Shown: positions 11,539-23,155, counted from the stretch's first letter. The stretch is 64,000 bases of DNA from an uncultured Acidimicrobiia bacterium (GCA_963786955.1 CAWBAT010000006.1:640001-704000), one strand, 5' to 3'. Numbers and translations: made by a program. Notes: generated by a model from the sequence alone, not told the origin.

Positions 11539-11818
11539 CTAAACTCTCCTTTCTAATGACCTATGCTATGATTGCGCTCTTAATCCTGGGGGGTCTTGGG
11601 TATTGGTGGCATCCGCCTGAGGTATGGGTTGCCGCAAACAGCCTGCTCTCGGCGGTAATGGTGAATTTCTCCTCACCATGAATCGGTTGGGTACCTTGGA
11701 AGGAGAGCACCGGTTCTCGACGCAACGATCATAACTATTCGCCAGAACAATCCAAATCACAAAATATTTCGAAGTGGCGGGTCAGCGACCACCAGACCGA
11801 ATTACATTGTAGATATCG

Positions 11819-12955
11819 ATGGCAGCATTTATGAAATGGATCAAAGTGTTTCTGGTTCCGGAAAATTCACTCTATATCCTTCTTCTATTTCTCCCGATTG
11901 CCTTTTATCTTGAGGCTTCACACGCTTCCCCGGTCTCCATTTTCACGACCTCCTGCCTGGCAGTGATTCCTTTGGCTGGTCTCATGGGCAAGTCAACAGA
12001 ACATCTGGCTGAGCGAGTGGGGGCAGGAATAGGAGGACTTCTCAATGCAACCTTTGGAAATGCCGCAGAATTGATTATCGCGGGGGTTGCACTGCACAAG
12101 GGATTGCATAGCGTCGTCAAAGCATCCATTACCGGGTCGATTATCGGAAATGTCCTACTGGTTCTGGGTCTCAGTATTCTGGCGGGAGGATTTAAGTATC
12201 CTCGTCAGAAGTTCAATCGTACCACCGCGGGTCTAAATTCAACTCTCTTGGCGCTGAGTGTTGTCGCCCTCATTGTTCCGGCCCTTTTTCACTGGATTGC
12301 CGATGAAAAAATTCGCAGCGGCACCCTAACAGGATTGCAAGAATTAAAACTCGAGAGAGACCTTAGCCTTGAAATTTCGATTATTTTGGTTTTTGTCTAC
12401 CTGCTAAGCCTCTTGTTCTCGTTGCGAACTCACCGGGGGCTATATGCTGGGGAAACGATCCATCCCTCTCCTCCGTCCACATCAAAAATGGGGTGGAGTC
12501 TGACGATGTCATCTGTTGTCCTTTTGCTCTCAACCCTCGGGGTTGCGGTCGTCAGCGAGTTTCTGGTAGGTGCGGTTCAAGCGACTGCAATGGCCTGGGG
12601 AATGTCGGAAGTTTTTGTTGGAGTCATCGTTGTTGCCATCATCGGCAATGCCGCCGAACACAGCACCGCCGTTCTGATGGCCCTTAAGAATAAAATGGAT
12701 CTCGCCATTAATATTTCCGTTGGATCAAGCATCCAAGTTGCTTTGTTTGTTGCACCTGTACTTGTTTTCTTAAGCTATATTTTTAAGAATCCAATGGACC
12801 TTCGATTCACTCCGTTTGAAGTCTTATCTGTAAGCATTTCTGCCGCGGTCGTCAATTTGGTCGCGCAAGATGGAAATTCGCATTGGATGGAAGGCGTCTT
12901 GCTTTTGGCGGTCTACCTGGTCATCGGCATAGCTTTTTTCCTCCTCCCTGCATAA
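11819..12955 (+). CDS. cax: Ca2+/H+ antiporter (CAX family)
   Basis: Alpha repeats [16 protein letters not shown] and IIGNAAEH, with about 10-11 TM segments. Confidence 0.93.
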   Translation: MAAFMKWIKVFLVPENSLYILLLFLPIAFYLEASHASPVSIFTTSCLAVIPLAGLMGKSTEHLAERVGAGIGGLLNATFGNAAELIIAGVALHKGLHSVVKASITGSIIGNVLLVLGLSILAGGFKYPRQKFNRTTAGLNSTLLALSVVALIVPALFHWIADEKIRSGTLTGLQELKLERDLSLEISIILVFVYLLSLLFSLRTHRGLYAGETIHPSPPSTSKMGWSLTMSSVVLLLSTLGVAVVSEFLVGAVQATAMAWGMSEVFVGVIVVAIIGNAAEHSTAVLMALKNKMDLAINISVGSSIQVALFVAPVLVFLSYIFKNPMDLRFTPFEVLSVSISAAVVNLVAQDGNSHWMEGVLLLAVYLVIGIAFFLLPA

Positions 12956-13141
12956 GAAGAAGGGTATTGCTTCACCTTTCCGATTTCCTTTGATGTAATA
13001 GAAAGCCATTAACCCCTACCTTCCTCAACGGGATTCTCTCACTCTTTAGTATTACCCCTATTTTCGCATTAAAATTCAATACATTAGGCGATTGTTTACT
13101 TTTGAATTTGGCCGAAAATTATAGATGTCTAGGAGGGAACT

Positions 13142-13435
13142 ATGGGACCAAAAGCCATCATGGATCACTCAGAAGTTCTCGTAGCCGGAAAGGATATGTT
13201 TGGCGTTCCTTTTCATGAAAGGGCCGAGCTTATCGAACTTTCCAAAGATGAACTTTCTTTCTCCATTTTCCGCCCAATCGCGGAGAACCTAGATTTGCGG
13301 ATTAACTTTCATCCCAACCCGGGGCAAACCGAATTTTGGGTTGAGGGAATCGTTTCAAAAGTGAAGTTTCGCTTGGATGGAAAGCAAACGGTCGAAATGA
13401 AAGTCAAACGAGAAGAGAACCGCCTCGCCTCATAG
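13142..13435 (+). CDS. Small hypothetical protein, possibly a degenerate PilZ-like beta-barrel
   Basis: AGGAGG RBS and a beta-rich pattern (ELIELSKDELSF...WVEGIVSKV). The canonical RxxxR and DxSxxG motifs are absent. Confidence 0.55.
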   Translation: MGPKAIMDHSEVLVAGKDMFGVPFHERAELIELSKDELSFSIFRPIAENLDLRINFHPNPGQTEFWVEGIVSKVKFRLDGKQTVEMKVKREENRLAS

Positions 13436-13525
13436 ATTCCTGAACCCCTGGCAAGTTACCCACATAAACAAAAAAAGGCCTCCGTGTTCGGACCACTGTC
13501 ATCTCCATTTGGCATTGCCGAAGGT

Positions 13526-16441
13526 TTACTTCAGCTTCGTATATTCTTCCCTAGCCTGTTTGAGAATAGGTATTTCAGGGTCGGCTTCCTTCCATAGAGA
13601 AAAGAAATCCTGGTACGCCTTTTGACTTTTGGAATTGTTTCCTGTTGCGGCCAAAGAACGCGCCAAGCCTAGGTAGGATAAGGCATAAAGGGGGGAGGCG
13701 ATTTCGATTCCCTGATGATCGAGGATTCTTTGATATTCGGCAACCGCCTTGTCCCCGTCGTGAGCCAGTAAAAAGGCTTGGGCACGGAGATAAAGGGGGA
13801 GATAGCCAAAACCGGTCAGGTCTCCGAATTCGTAAGGGGTGGTCTGTTGTAAAAGAGAAACGGCTTTAGCGGGGTTATTGCGAAAAATCTCGATCGCGGC
13901 AGAGGCGGTGGGAATCCATAACCCGTTGACTAGCGTGTCAAGCGGGAAACGCCGCTTGTCCTCATCAATCAGTTTCTGGGACTCCGCCATGGCCCCGATC
14001 CGCGCATAACAGACTGAGAGGCGATTGAGTTCGTCTCTTCCCCGGCTGACACTTAAAGCCAGATCAGCCGCCTCGCGGGCCTCCTTGGGGTTCCCGAACT
14101 CTGCCTCGACCATTGAACGGAAGGCCGCAAGCCAGGTTATCCCTCCCACAGATTGCTCCCGCCGCGCCACCTCAATGGCCTGTTCAATTTGTTTCCTGGC
14201 CTCATGCAGCCTTCCCTGAGAAACAAGATTCATGATCGGAAAGTACGTATACGGTGGCTCCAATGGAAATGTTTTCAACTTTTCTGCGTATTGTTGTGCC
14301 GCGGCTGAATCCCCCTGTACTAGAGCGAGACGATAGAGTCCTCCGTAGACCCCAACCCAATCCAGTTTCTGAGCAAGCGCCTGCTCGAGCACCCTTTTTG
14401 AATCACTAAATCGATTCAGGGATACATATCCGCCGGCGGAATTGACGTAGGAGTAGACCCGCGTCGGATCTATTCGCAGTGCCTCAGTAGACTCCTCGAT
14501 GATCTTCTCATGTTGACCAGTGGCAGAATAGCCCACTGCCAGGTTGGCATGCGGTACAAAGTCCCGGGGATAAGTTTGTTTCCACAACTCGTAAGTCTTT
14601 ATGTTCTCATCCGTCTGACCCGTTACGTAGCCATAAAAGTGAGCCGTGATGTAAAACCGCTCGCGCTCGCTGACCTTGTCACGAAGCTCGTAAGCTTTTC
14701 GAACATATTTCTCAGCCAACTCGCTCTGGCCTAGGTTGCCAGAGACAACCCCAAGAGAAGCATAGCCAAGAGCAAAGTTGGGGTCCAGCTCAATGGCGCG
14801 TTTAAGAAATGAGGTGGCACTGGGCAGGTCTCCTCTGTTGATGGCGGCCCTCCCCAGACTGTAGGCTTTGAGGGCTTCGAGTGAGGGGGTTGTAGCTTCT
14901 TCAATGGAAGCATCAAATTTTTGAATGGAGCTCAGTGATTCTCCCAGCTTCCCGCGCAATCCTGAAGCGGCTTTACCGAGCGCTTGAATCACCTTCTCTT
15001 TGCTCTCGGCTTCCACTTGCTCACTGGCAACCGTGTCACCACTTCTGGCATTGACGGCCTCAAGTGAAATGACGTAATGACTTCCGAGGCTGGCGATCGA
15101 TCCCGTCAAGAAAACTTTTAGTCCTTCCCGCTGACATATCTCCCGGGCGAGCGCGGTCGTGATCTTTTCATCTGCGGATCGGCCCATGAATTGGAGGGTG
15201 CGACGGGCCCGTGTATCGGACATGATGTTCAAAAATGGAGACTGTTGCAGTTGGACTGACAATGCCTGCTTGAGCGTTCCATCAAAAACACCCTCTCCGG
15301 TCGAATTCACAAAATCAGCCAGCATCACGGTATCCCGCTCCGTCAAAGCAGGAGATTGCTTCTGGTAGAAGTAGATTCCCAGAGCGCCAAGAATCAAAAG
15401 AACGGAACCGACCGCACTGGCTAACTTCCAACGACTCGATTTCTGAACCTTAATTTCCGGAATTGGCGTGCTCCCGGAACTCTGCTTGCTGTAGGCGACT
15501 GGCGCAGTTCCTGTATCAGCCTGAGGCACTGTCCCTGAACTGACCGCAGAAACCTTCCCCGAATCCAAATCGCGCTTCAACCGTTTCAAGTCGGCGCGTA
15601 AATCAGAGGCGGTTTGGTAGCGGATTTCACGGTCTTTTTCGAGGGATTTGTTAATGACCCGTTCCAGCTCGATAGGAATTTCCGGGTTAAATCGTGCCGG
15701 AGGAATGGGTGGCCGGTTTAAGATCGCTTCGAATACCACGGCCGAAGTTTCGCCAGTGAAGGCAACCCGACCCGTAGCCATTTCGTAGAGGACGACTCCA
15801 AAAGAGAATAGATCGGTACGCGCATCCAAAGCCTTGCCACGCGCTTGCTCCGGGGACATATAGGCTACCGTTCCCAGCGCAGAGCCCGGGCTGGTCAAGG
15901 AATCCTCTCCCTGAGCTAAGGTAGGATGGTCATTCCCATGGGTCATGGTTCGACCCTCTGCCCCGGGGATTCCCTGTTTGGCTAATCCGAAATCCAGCAG
16001 CTTCGCTTGCCCCCGGCGGGTGACAAAAATGTTGGCCGGCTTAATGTCCCGGTGCACGATGCCTTTGGCATGGGCAATTTCTAGAGCATCCGCAATCTGG
16101 ATGGACAATTCCAGCAACAAGCCCATTTCCACTGGCTTCCCGTCGATTAAATGTTTCAGGGTTTCCCCTTCCATATACTCCATGGCAATGAAAGGGTGAC
16201 CTTCTGCCTCATCAATCTCATAAACCGTACAAATGTTTGGATGGTTCAAAGCCGAGGCAGCGCGAGCTTCGCGCTGGAAACGCTCTAAGGCTTGGCGATC
16301 CCGAGAAAGTTCTTCGGGTAGGAACTTCAAGGCGACGCTGCGTCCGAGCTTTGTGTCTTCGGCCTTGAAGACAACGCCCATTCCACCGCCGCCTATTTTC
16401 TCGATGATCCGGTAGTGTGAAACCGTTTTGCCAATGATCAC
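13526..16441 (-). CDS. Membrane Hanks-type Ser/Thr protein kinase with C-terminal TPR repeats
   Basis: [34 protein letters not shown]; one TM at about aa 340-358, then TPR-like repeats. Confidence 0.95.
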   Translation of the reverse strand: MIIGKTVSHYRIIEKIGGGGMGVVFKAEDTKLGRSVALKFLPEELSRDRQALERFQREARAASALNHPNICTVYEIDEAEGHPFIAMEYMEGETLKHLIDGKPVEMGLLLELSIQIADALEIAHAKGIVHRDIKPANIFVTRRGQAKLLDFGLAKQGIPGAEGRTMTHGNDHPTLAQGEDSLTSPGSALGTVAYMSPEQARGKALDARTDLFSFGVVLYEMATGRVAFTGETSAVVFEAILNRPPIPPARFNPEIPIELERVINKSLEKDREIRYQTASDLRADLKRLKRDLDSGKVSAVSSGTVPQADTGTAPVAYSKQSSGSTPIPEIKVQKSSRWKLASAVGSVLLILGALGIYFYQKQSPALTERDTVMLADFVNSTGEGVFDGTLKQALSVQLQQSPFLNIMSDTRARRTLQFMGRSADEKITTALAREICQREGLKVFLTGSIASLGSHYVISLEAVNARSGDTVASEQVEAESKEKVIQALGKAASGLRGKLGESLSSIQKFDASIEEATTPSLEALKAYSLGRAAINRGDLPSATSFLKRAIELDPNFALGYASLGVVSGNLGQSELAEKYVRKAYELRDKVSERERFYITAHFYGYVTGQTDENIKTYELWKQTYPRDFVPHANLAVGYSATGQHEKIIEESTEALRIDPTRVYSYVNSAGGYVSLNRFSDSKRVLEQALAQKLDWVGVYGGLYRLALVQGDSAAAQQYAEKLKTFPLEPPYTYFPIMNLVSQGRLHEARKQIEQAIEVARREQSVGGITWLAAFRSMVEAEFGNPKEAREAADLALSVSRGRDELNRLSVCYARIGAMAESQKLIDEDKRRFPLDTLVNGLWIPTASAAIEIFRNNPAKAVSLLQQTTPYEFGDLTGFGYLPLYLRAQAFLLAHDGDKAVAEYQRILDHQGIEIASPLYALSYLGLARSLAATGNNSKSQKAYQDFFSLWKEADPEIPILKQAREEYTKLK

Positions 16442-16550
16442 GTTAAATCCTCGCAGGACTCTCCGGCGCCACTTGATGGTGAAATGTACAATCCTGTTTC
16501 TCGATGAAACCTCAGCACAAAGCCCACGAAATACTATGCGGAGCCAACCG

Positions 16551-17624
16551 TCAAGTCAATATGAGAGATGAGACTCGACTCGTCTGAGAACGAATCAAAT
16601 TGAAGAACTGCATCGCTTGATCCTCTGCCCAAAAACGGGGGTTGCCCCGAGCAATAAAAGCGACATGTCCGCCAAAAGCTGTCCGCAACAATTTCAGATG
16701 CTCATTTCTCTTGAAGGCTGGATGATCAAAAACTGTCGATGGGATGAAAGGGTCGTCCTGAGACTGAATGACGAGCGTGGGAACCCGAATCTTCGCCAAA
16801 AAACCATTGGCGCTAGCATGAGCATAGTAATCAAAAGCATCTTTGTATCCAAAGGCTGGCGCCGTATAGGCATTGTCAAAATCGATCAGAGTGCGGATGG
16901 CTGCAAAGTGGCTCAGGCTATAGCTTACAGGCATACTTTCTTTCTTCCGAGTCAACGTCTCCTTGAGATGAGCCAGAAATCGTTTTTCGTAAATCCGGTT
17001 CCCGGGTTCTGCAATCTTAAGGGCACAGGCCCCAAGGTCAATGGGTGGAGAGACGGCACAGATTGCCCTGACATGAGCGGGTAACTCGTCTCCCCATTCG
17101 CCGGCCAGTTTCAAAGCCATGTTTCCTCCCATCGAAAACCCCACGATGTAGAGAGCTTTCGTGACCAACTGGTTCGCCACCGACTCGAGATCCTTTGTCA
17201 GGCCGGAATGATAGAGTGTTGAGGAGAGATGCTCCGTCCCCCCGCAATTCCGGATGTTGAGCCGAACGACGTTGTAGCCCGCTTCCAGGGCCTTCTCCCC
17301 CATCCTCAAAACATAAGGCGAATTGCTGTCTCCTTCCAGCCCGTGAACGATGAGAACCGTCTCCCTAGCCTCAAGGCGCGAGTGGAAGTGACAATGCGTG
17401 AGGACCTTGACACCTGGCTCCGTCTCAAAAATACGGCACTCAACGGGGTATTTTCTTAAATTAATCCTGGCAGGCCAGAAGCGGGCCGCAATGGTTTGAA
17501 CATGACCATTGCGAAATAAGGGAATGAAGTCAGGGTTGATGTTTTGAGCAGAATCGGAAATCGTTGCGATCATAAGGCTAACGGTCTCACTGAGGGCGCA
17601 GAGATGCTCATAAATACAGCTCAA
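16551..17624 (-). CDS. YheT family alpha/beta hydrolase (start uncertain)
   Basis: NGHVQTI, VHGLEG, GFSMGGN nucleophile motif, DDPFIP, GGHVAF. Confidence 0.9.
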   Translation of the reverse strand: MSCIYEHLCALSETVSLMIATISDSAQNINPDFIPLFRNGHVQTIAARFWPARINLRKYPVECRIFETEPGVKVLTHCHFHSRLEARETVLIVHGLEGDSNSPYVLRMGEKALEAGYNVVRLNIRNCGGTEHLSSTLYHSGLTKDLESVANQLVTKALYIVGFSMGGNMALKLAGEWGDELPAHVRAICAVSPPIDLGACALKIAEPGNRIYEKRFLAHLKETLTRKKESMPVSYSLSHFAAIRTLIDFDNAYTAPAFGYKDAFDYYAHASANGFLAKIRVPTLVIQSQDDPFIPSTVFDHPAFKRNEHLKLLRTAFGGHVAFIARGNPRFWAEDQAMQFFNLIRSQTSRVSSLILT

Positions 17625-17670
17625 TTTCCTGGTGCGGCGAGTAAACCGGTAAACAGATACGCGGGGAAGA

Positions 17671-17723
17671 TGGACGAACCTTCACAAATTTGAAAACTCA
17701 AGATGCCGTGAAGGTTCGTCCAC
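17671..17723. other. 15-bp stem-loop downstream of the ferredoxin gene (possible terminator or mRNA stabiliser)
   Basis: TGGACGAACCTTCAC ... GTGAAGGTTCGTCCA perfect inverted repeat with no clear U-tract. Confidence 0.5.
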
Positions 17724-17755
17724 GATTTGAAGGGAGAATCAAAGGGTAAGGTTAC

Positions 17756-18016
17756 TTATTTCTTGTACCAATCCGCATTGACCTGGGTGAATTTGGACCA
17801 CTTCTCCGGCAGATCTTCAAGGGCAAAGATAGCGGAAACCGGGCAAGCCGGCACACAGGCTCCACAATCAATGCACTCATCGGGTTCGATATATAATTGC
17901 TCCCACTTCTCGAAATCGGCTTCGTCCTTCTTCGGATGAATGCAATCGACCGGGCACACATCGACACACGCGGTGTCTTTCGTGCCAATGCAGGGTTCGG
18001 CAATCACGTACACCAT
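17756..18016 (-). CDS. Dicluster ferredoxin (7Fe FdxA-type)
   Basis: CIGTKDTACVDVCPVDC ... CIDCGACVPACP; AGGAGG RBS. Confidence 0.95.
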   Translation of the reverse strand: MVYVIAEPCIGTKDTACVDVCPVDCIHPKKDEADFEKWEQLYIEPDECIDCGACVPACPVSAIFALEDLPEKWSKFTQVNADWYKK

Positions 18017-18389
18017 ACAGGAATCCTCCTTGACAGGAACTGGAATGAATCACTGCAACCTAATGAAGAAACCTTCGACTCCTGCCCTCTTTAACTTCAT
18101 TTAAATTCGATTTTAACAGCACGAGGTCAGAAGTAAAGCTTTTGCAACGCGTTTGGAAACCATGAATACTTTTCAGAAACGCCCCCACAGATCTCTCATG
18201 ATTAAGTGAGGGATACTAGCATGACTTTTTGATGCAATCAATAACAGCACAAGAGTGAGTAGCAAGAATCCAGCAGGAACAATTTGCCAAACCTCGCATT
18301 CTCGTAGTTCAGATCCTGATTAATAAAGGTTTCACACAACTGCATGCTTGCTCATTCGAACGACACTCGTCACTGCATGCCATTTCGTA

Positions 18390-18779
18390 CTACGCACTCT
18401 TCCTCGGGTACCTTGCTTCGATAATGCTTTTCATCCCCCCTCGAACGTTGAACTCTCCGCGAACAACCGCCCAAACCGGCTGACAAGCAGAAACAATATC
18501 GTCCAGGATCCGGTTCATCGCATTTTCATAGAAGATACCCAAGTTCCGATACCCCAAAATGTAGTACTTCAAGGCTTTCAGCTCGAGGCAAACTTCGGCA
18601 GGTAGGTATTGGATGGTGACCGTCCCAAAATCTGGCAAACGTGTTTTGGGGCAAATGGAGGTAAATTCTGGAATTTGAATTGTAATGTCATATCCACGAA
18701 ACTGATTCGGCCAGACCTCAATAGCTGGCAACTCAGCTTCTAATCCGGATTTTGCATGATCATCCGTATAACCATTCAT
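18390..18779 (-). CDS. queF: NADPH-dependent preQ0 reductase (unimodular QueF)
   Basis: PEFTSICPKTRLPDFG (catalytic Cys/Asp), ELKALK QueF motif, RGG near the C-terminus. Confidence 0.93.
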   Translation of the reverse strand: MNGYTDDHAKSGLEAELPAIEVWPNQFRGYDITIQIPEFTSICPKTRLPDFGTVTIQYLPAEVCLELKALKYYILGYRNLGIFYENAMNRILDDIVSACQPVWAVVRGEFNVRGGMKSIIEARYPRKSA

Positions 18780-19033
18780 CGAAGGAAGACCTCACCGAGA
18801 AATCAAGAAATATCACTCCGCCCGCTTAATTTAAAACTCCAACCTCCCAGGTATTGTAGTCAATTGGCTACGACCTTGTAACTAATTAAGATTGTTTTCC
18901 AGCAGCGCCTTTGGCTATAGTGAATAGCCTGTTGTGAGACCCGTGAACACGGGAGCAGTGCCGCCCTGAAAGGGATGTCGACTCTGCACTTCGACGCTCC
19001 AGTAGAAGTATCTTAAAAGGAGAATGACGCTTT

Positions 19034-19789
19034 ATGATTGACACTCGCCCTAAGGCTCTGGTCACAGGCGCTAGCAGTGGGATTGGGGCTGCCACGGCCA
19101 TTGAACTGGCAAAACGGGGTTTTGCTGTGATTGTCCATTATTTCAATAACGTAAAGGGCGGACTGGAAACTGTCGAGGCAATTCAGCGTGGCGGTGGAGT
19201 GGCCCATGGAATCAAAGCTGACGTGCGTCATCTTGCGGAAGTGGAAAAACTCGTCAATGAGGCCGTGGCCGCTCATGGAGGGATTGACGTCTTGGTTAAT
19301 AACGCAGGTTCGATGGTTGGCCGTGTTCACTTTCTGGAAATGACAGAAGAGTATTGGAACGAAGTGTTCCGTCTCAACGTCAATAGCGTTTTCTATTGTA
19401 GTCAGTTGGTTGCCAAGGAGATGGCCAAGCAGAAGAGAGGGATCATTATTAATGTCTCTTCCATTGCCGCACGTCAAGGCGGCGGGAATGGAGCCATTGC
19501 TTATGCAGCCTCGAAAGGGGCCGTTCAAACCCTGACTAAAGGGATGGCAAGGGAGCTTGCCCCGTACGGAATTCGCGTCAATGGGGTGAATCCCGGCGTG
19601 ATTCGTACTCCTTTCCACGCCCGATTCAGCACTGACGATCAGATGCAGCGGATGGTTGAAACAATTGTCTTAAAGTACGCGGGATCTCCAGAAGAGGTCG
19701 CCACTGTGATTGCCTTCCTGGCCTCGCCCGATGCTCGTTATTTGACAGGAGAAACCATCGAAGTCAATGGTGGCCAGTGGATGGATTGA
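19034..19789 (+). CDS. Short-chain dehydrogenase/reductase (SDR)
   Basis: TGASSGIG, NNAG, YAASKG. Confidence 0.95.
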   Translation: MIDTRPKALVTGASSGIGAATAIELAKRGFAVIVHYFNNVKGGLETVEAIQRGGGVAHGIKADVRHLAEVEKLVNEAVAAHGGIDVLVNNAGSMVGRVHFLEMTEEYWNEVFRLNVNSVFYCSQLVAKEMAKQKRGIIINVSSIAARQGGGNGAIAYAASKGAVQTLTKGMARELAPYGIRVNGVNPGVIRTPFHARFSTDDQMQRMVETIVLKYAGSPEEVATVIAFLASPDARYLTGETIEVNGGQWMD

Positions 19790-19943
19790 ACCAAATGCCG
19801 ATTTCCAATTGCCGACTGCCGATTGAATTCAATAGGGACATGTTCGATTGCTGCAAATCGAAACAACATGGCGCATTGGCAGCTGAATGAAACAAGTTGT
19901 GGTTTAAATGGCGAGCTGATTCATGAGGAAACTGAAGACCAAT

Positions 19944-20939
19944 ATGACAAATAAAATATCGGACCCGCATTCGGCATTTCCTACAGTGATTTCCCTGGGT
20001 GAGTTTCTGGTGGATCTGGTGCCCGCTCCAGCCGGTTCACCCCTAGCCCAAGCCGACTCCTTAAAGATGGCCCCGGGAGGGGCTCCGGCCAATGTGGCCG
20101 TGGCCCTCAAACGGTTGGGCATTCACACGGGTTTCGTCGGGAAAGTCGGGAATGACCCTTTCGGCCGCTACCTTTACAGTATCTTGGAAAAAGAGAAACT
20201 GGACTTAACCTTCCTCAGCTTAAGCCGGGAATCTCTGACCCGACTGGCCTTTGTCACTAACGACCCGGATGAAAAGCAGCGTTTCCTCTTTTATGGGAAT
20301 CCCGGAGCGGATGTCCTGTTGACTCCCGCTGAAATTAATAAGAAATACTTTCGAAAAGCAAAGATCTTTCACTTCGGGTCTATCTCGTTAATTCAAGAGC
20401 CAGCCCGAAAAGCCACCTTAAAGGCCCTCAATCTCGCCAAAAAACTCGGGCTGGCCATTTCATTTGACCCCAATCTCCGTCCATCGCTCTGGCCCTCGCT
20501 GAAGCAAGCCAGAAAGGTCATCCTGGAAAACCTTCATTGGTGTGACATCCTCAAAATCAATGAAATGGAATGGGAGTTTTTGTTTCCGGGCAAGAAATTC
20601 GAAGTCCTTGCAAAAATTCTCAAGAAGTATGATATCCGGCTCGGAGCCATCACGCTGGGATCTGAAGGGGCCTATGTTGGAACCATCAGAAATTGTGCCC
20701 ATGTAAACGGGATTCAGGTGGATTTTGTCGATTCGACTGGCGCCGGAGATGGGTTCGTGGCTGGGTTGATCTATAACTGGCTGAACGCCGGAGAACCTCG
20801 CGAGTGGGACAACGCTCGGCTTGCCGCCATCGCAGAGTTCTGCAATCGAATCGGGGCGGTCACCTGCACAAAAGCCGGCGCCATCCCTGCATTTCCGACT
20901 TTGGAAGAGTTAAGTCTGGTTACGAAGCGACCACAATAA
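19944..20939 (+). CDS. PfkB family carbohydrate kinase (fructokinase-like)
   Basis: PGGAPANVAV, FDPNLRPSLW, DSTGAGDGF. Confidence 0.95.
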   Translation: MTNKISDPHSAFPTVISLGEFLVDLVPAPAGSPLAQADSLKMAPGGAPANVAVALKRLGIHTGFVGKVGNDPFGRYLYSILEKEKLDLTFLSLSRESLTRLAFVTNDPDEKQRFLFYGNPGADVLLTPAEINKKYFRKAKIFHFGSISLIQEPARKATLKALNLAKKLGLAISFDPNLRPSLWPSLKQARKVILENLHWCDILKINEMEWEFLFPGKKFEVLAKILKKYDIRLGAITLGSEGAYVGTIRNCAHVNGIQVDFVDSTGAGDGFVAGLIYNWLNAGEPREWDNARLAAIAEFCNRIGAVTCTKAGAIPAFPTLEELSLVTKRPQ

Positions 20940-20961
20940 CAAGCAGGGTTCTGGACCCTTA

Positions 20962-21108
20962 GTAGTGCAGTTCATAAATACGGGGACGCATCTTAGGGTG
21001 GACGCCGCGTGAGGTTGGAGCTTTCAGAAAGCCCCAAGCCTACATACAAAGGTGTAGGCCGGGGCACCGACCCGGCGTTAGCGTTATGGAATTTCTGAAA
21101 CGCATTAC
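20962..21108. mobile_element. 147-bp MITE with TTA target-site duplication
   Basis: TTA|GTAGTGCAGTTCATAAAT ... ATTTCTGAAACGCATTAC|TTA, with an internal GCCTACA...TGTAGGC hairpin. Confidence 0.8.
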
Positions 21109-21182
21109 TTAGCTGGACATACATCACATTCTTTCGAATTTTTGCTTGGCCGTTCTTAATATCCATAAAATAAAGAAGCTCG

Positions 21183-21836
21183 ATGCAGCCGAGTCATACG
21201 AAAATTATTCTGATCACCCTGGCGATGGTCGTAGCCACGGCTTGCGCTTATTTCTTGGTCGTCGTCATTCCTAAAAGGGCCCTCAGTGAGCAATATGAAT
21301 TAGCCAAAAGTATCGGACGCGATATCGATCGGGCCATGCAGTTTACACCGCAGATTTCCGTAAGAAGCGAAATCGTTCTCAATAAACAATCTAATATTCT
21401 TGAATTGGCAACCAAAAGTCAGACTTTCCATCACGAATTCGAGTGGAGCCATACGTGGCTGGGAAGTGAGAAGCTTGTCCGGATCAAAGGAAACTTCGTT
21501 GCCAAGGCGGGTTATGATCTCAATCAGCTCATGTCCATTAACATCGAACCTCATCTGGTTACTGTAACTGTTCCTGAGCCCAAGATTCTGTCCGTCGAGG
21601 CCGTGGATTATAAGATTGAAGGTGAAGGTGGTTGGTGGAATAGCATTTCCGACGCCGATCGGTCCGCAGCCCTCAAAGAGTTCACGTCAAGCGCCCGAAA
21701 AGCAATGGAAGGGTCTGAGCTGATTGCTTCTGCCCGTAACAACTTTGAAGACTCATTGAACAAGATCTTCTCAAGCCGACTCGGGAACATTCAGGTGATT
21801 TATAAGCCTGAGATTAGACGGAAAGAGCAACACTGA
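21183..21836 (+). CDS. DUF4230-like membrane-anchored protein
   Basis: N-terminal TM and the AKAGYDL...VTVPEPKILSVE pattern. Confidence 0.7.
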   Translation: MQPSHTKIILITLAMVVATACAYFLVVVIPKRALSEQYELAKSIGRDIDRAMQFTPQISVRSEIVLNKQSNILELATKSQTFHHEFEWSHTWLGSEKLVRIKGNFVAKAGYDLNQLMSINIEPHLVTVTVPEPKILSVEAVDYKIEGEGGWWNSISDADRSAALKEFTSSARKAMEGSELIASARNNFEDSLNKIFSSRLGNIQVIYKPEIRRKEQH

Positions 21837-22105
21837 GTGTTCCATTGAAGAAGCCCACGAACGCAAGCTCGAGCGGAGAACGGTGGACCGAGCGTTCCAC
21901 CAAAGGCGCTCCGGCGTCGTGGAACTCCGCCCTCCAGGTATGATGTCGCATTGGAGGGTCGAGTTCCTGCGAGACCGTGCCCATACGTTAAGTCATAAAC
22001 ACACTAACGCAACATTGAGCTGCCAGCTGAGAGGGATGGATCGCGTGCAGGGGGACGGTGGGTCCAATAGCGCGTTCCACCTTGAACACCTTCAATAGCT
22101 GCCGC

Positions 22106-23155
22106 TTAATTTGTTGGCTTGAGAATTGCCTTGACGTACTCACCGGAAAGCATGTTCTCAAAGCAATCTTTCCACTCTCTCACCCCAGCGACACGGCTGA
22201 TGATGAGATCCAGATTAATCTGGCCAGTTGAGATCATGTCGATCACACGCTCCCAGATGGGCCAGTTGTGTGAAAAACTTCCCTGCACTGTCACAGCCTT
22301 CTGGACCATAGGATCCAGGCTGAATCCCATGGGCTGGGGTCCCCAGCCAACTTTACAAATTTGTCCAGCTGGCCGAACGGCTTGCATTGCCATTTGAAAG
22401 GTTGGCGAGACTCCGGCGGCGTCGATCACGACATCGACCCCAAATCCGTCACCCAGATTCTTGATATATTCCAGCACCTTTCCATCGAGAGCCGCATCGG
22501 CACCCAATTTCTTTCCAACGCCTAGGCGCTTGGCATCAACGGGCAGCCCTGCCACAATCAAGTGTCCCGCACCGGAGAGTTTGGCCATTAAGGCACAGAG
22601 TAGTCCGATGGGACCTGGCCCGATGACCAGCACGTGATCTCCGGGTTTGATGTGAGCGTTGTTGCAAACGGCATTGTAAGCAACACAGCAAGGCTCGGTG
22701 AGAGCCGCTTTTTCAAAAGATAATCCCGCAGGGAGTCGGTGTAAGCATCTTTCCGGAACCTTGACGTAGTCCGTCATGGCGCCATTGACTCCATAACCGA
22801 AACCGAGTCGTGTCGGATCAAGGTTATAAAGGCCTCTTCGCGTAAAGGGGGAATATTCATCAATGACGGCCGCCGTTTCACTCACGACCCGGTCACCTTC
22901 TTTAAAATTTCGCACTCGGCTACCAATCTGAGCGATCGTGCCGCAAAATTCGTGCCCTAAGACAATAGGATAGTTGACCTTCCAGCTATGCGTCCCATGC
23001 CACTGATGCAGATCGCTCCCACAGACGCTGGCTGCACCGACCTTCAAGAGAACGTCCTGCTCTCCAATCTCGGGAACAGAGACTTCCCTGAGTTCCACAC
23101 TTCCAGACGCAGCAGCATAATTGACTACCGCGGGCATTGTTTTAGACATCCTCAT
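22106..23155 (-). CDS. Zinc-dependent medium-chain (polyol/threonine-type) dehydrogenase
   Basis: CGSDLH, GHEFCG, GPGPIG; the structural Zn 4-Cys cluster is absent. Confidence 0.9.
   Translation of the reverse strand: MRMSKTMPAVVNYAAASGSVELREVSVPEIGEQDVLLKVGAASVCGSDLHQWHGTHSWKVNYPIVLGHEFCGTIAQIGSRVRNFKEGDRVVSETAAVIDEYSPFTRRGLYNLDPTRLGFGYGVNGAMTDYVKVPERCLHRLPAGLSFEKAALTEPCCVAYNAVCNNAHIKPGDHVLVIGPGPIGLLCALMAKLSGAGHLIVAGLPVDAKRLGVGKKLGADAALDGKVLEYIKNLGDGFGVDVVIDAAGVSPTFQMAMQAVRPAGQICKVGWGPQPMGFSLDPMVQKAVTVQGSFSHNWPIWERVIDMISTGQINLDLIISRVAGVREWKDCFENMLSGEYVKAILKPTN

Noticed and set aside
13526-16441. Kinase-TPR protein as a novel defence or signalling system
   Set aside because: A common, highly expanded architecture in Acidobacteria-like genomes, with no partner genes adjacent.
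18780-18900. preQ1 riboswitch upstream of queF
   Set aside because: No stem with the conserved loop and A-rich 3' tail was seen on the minus strand.
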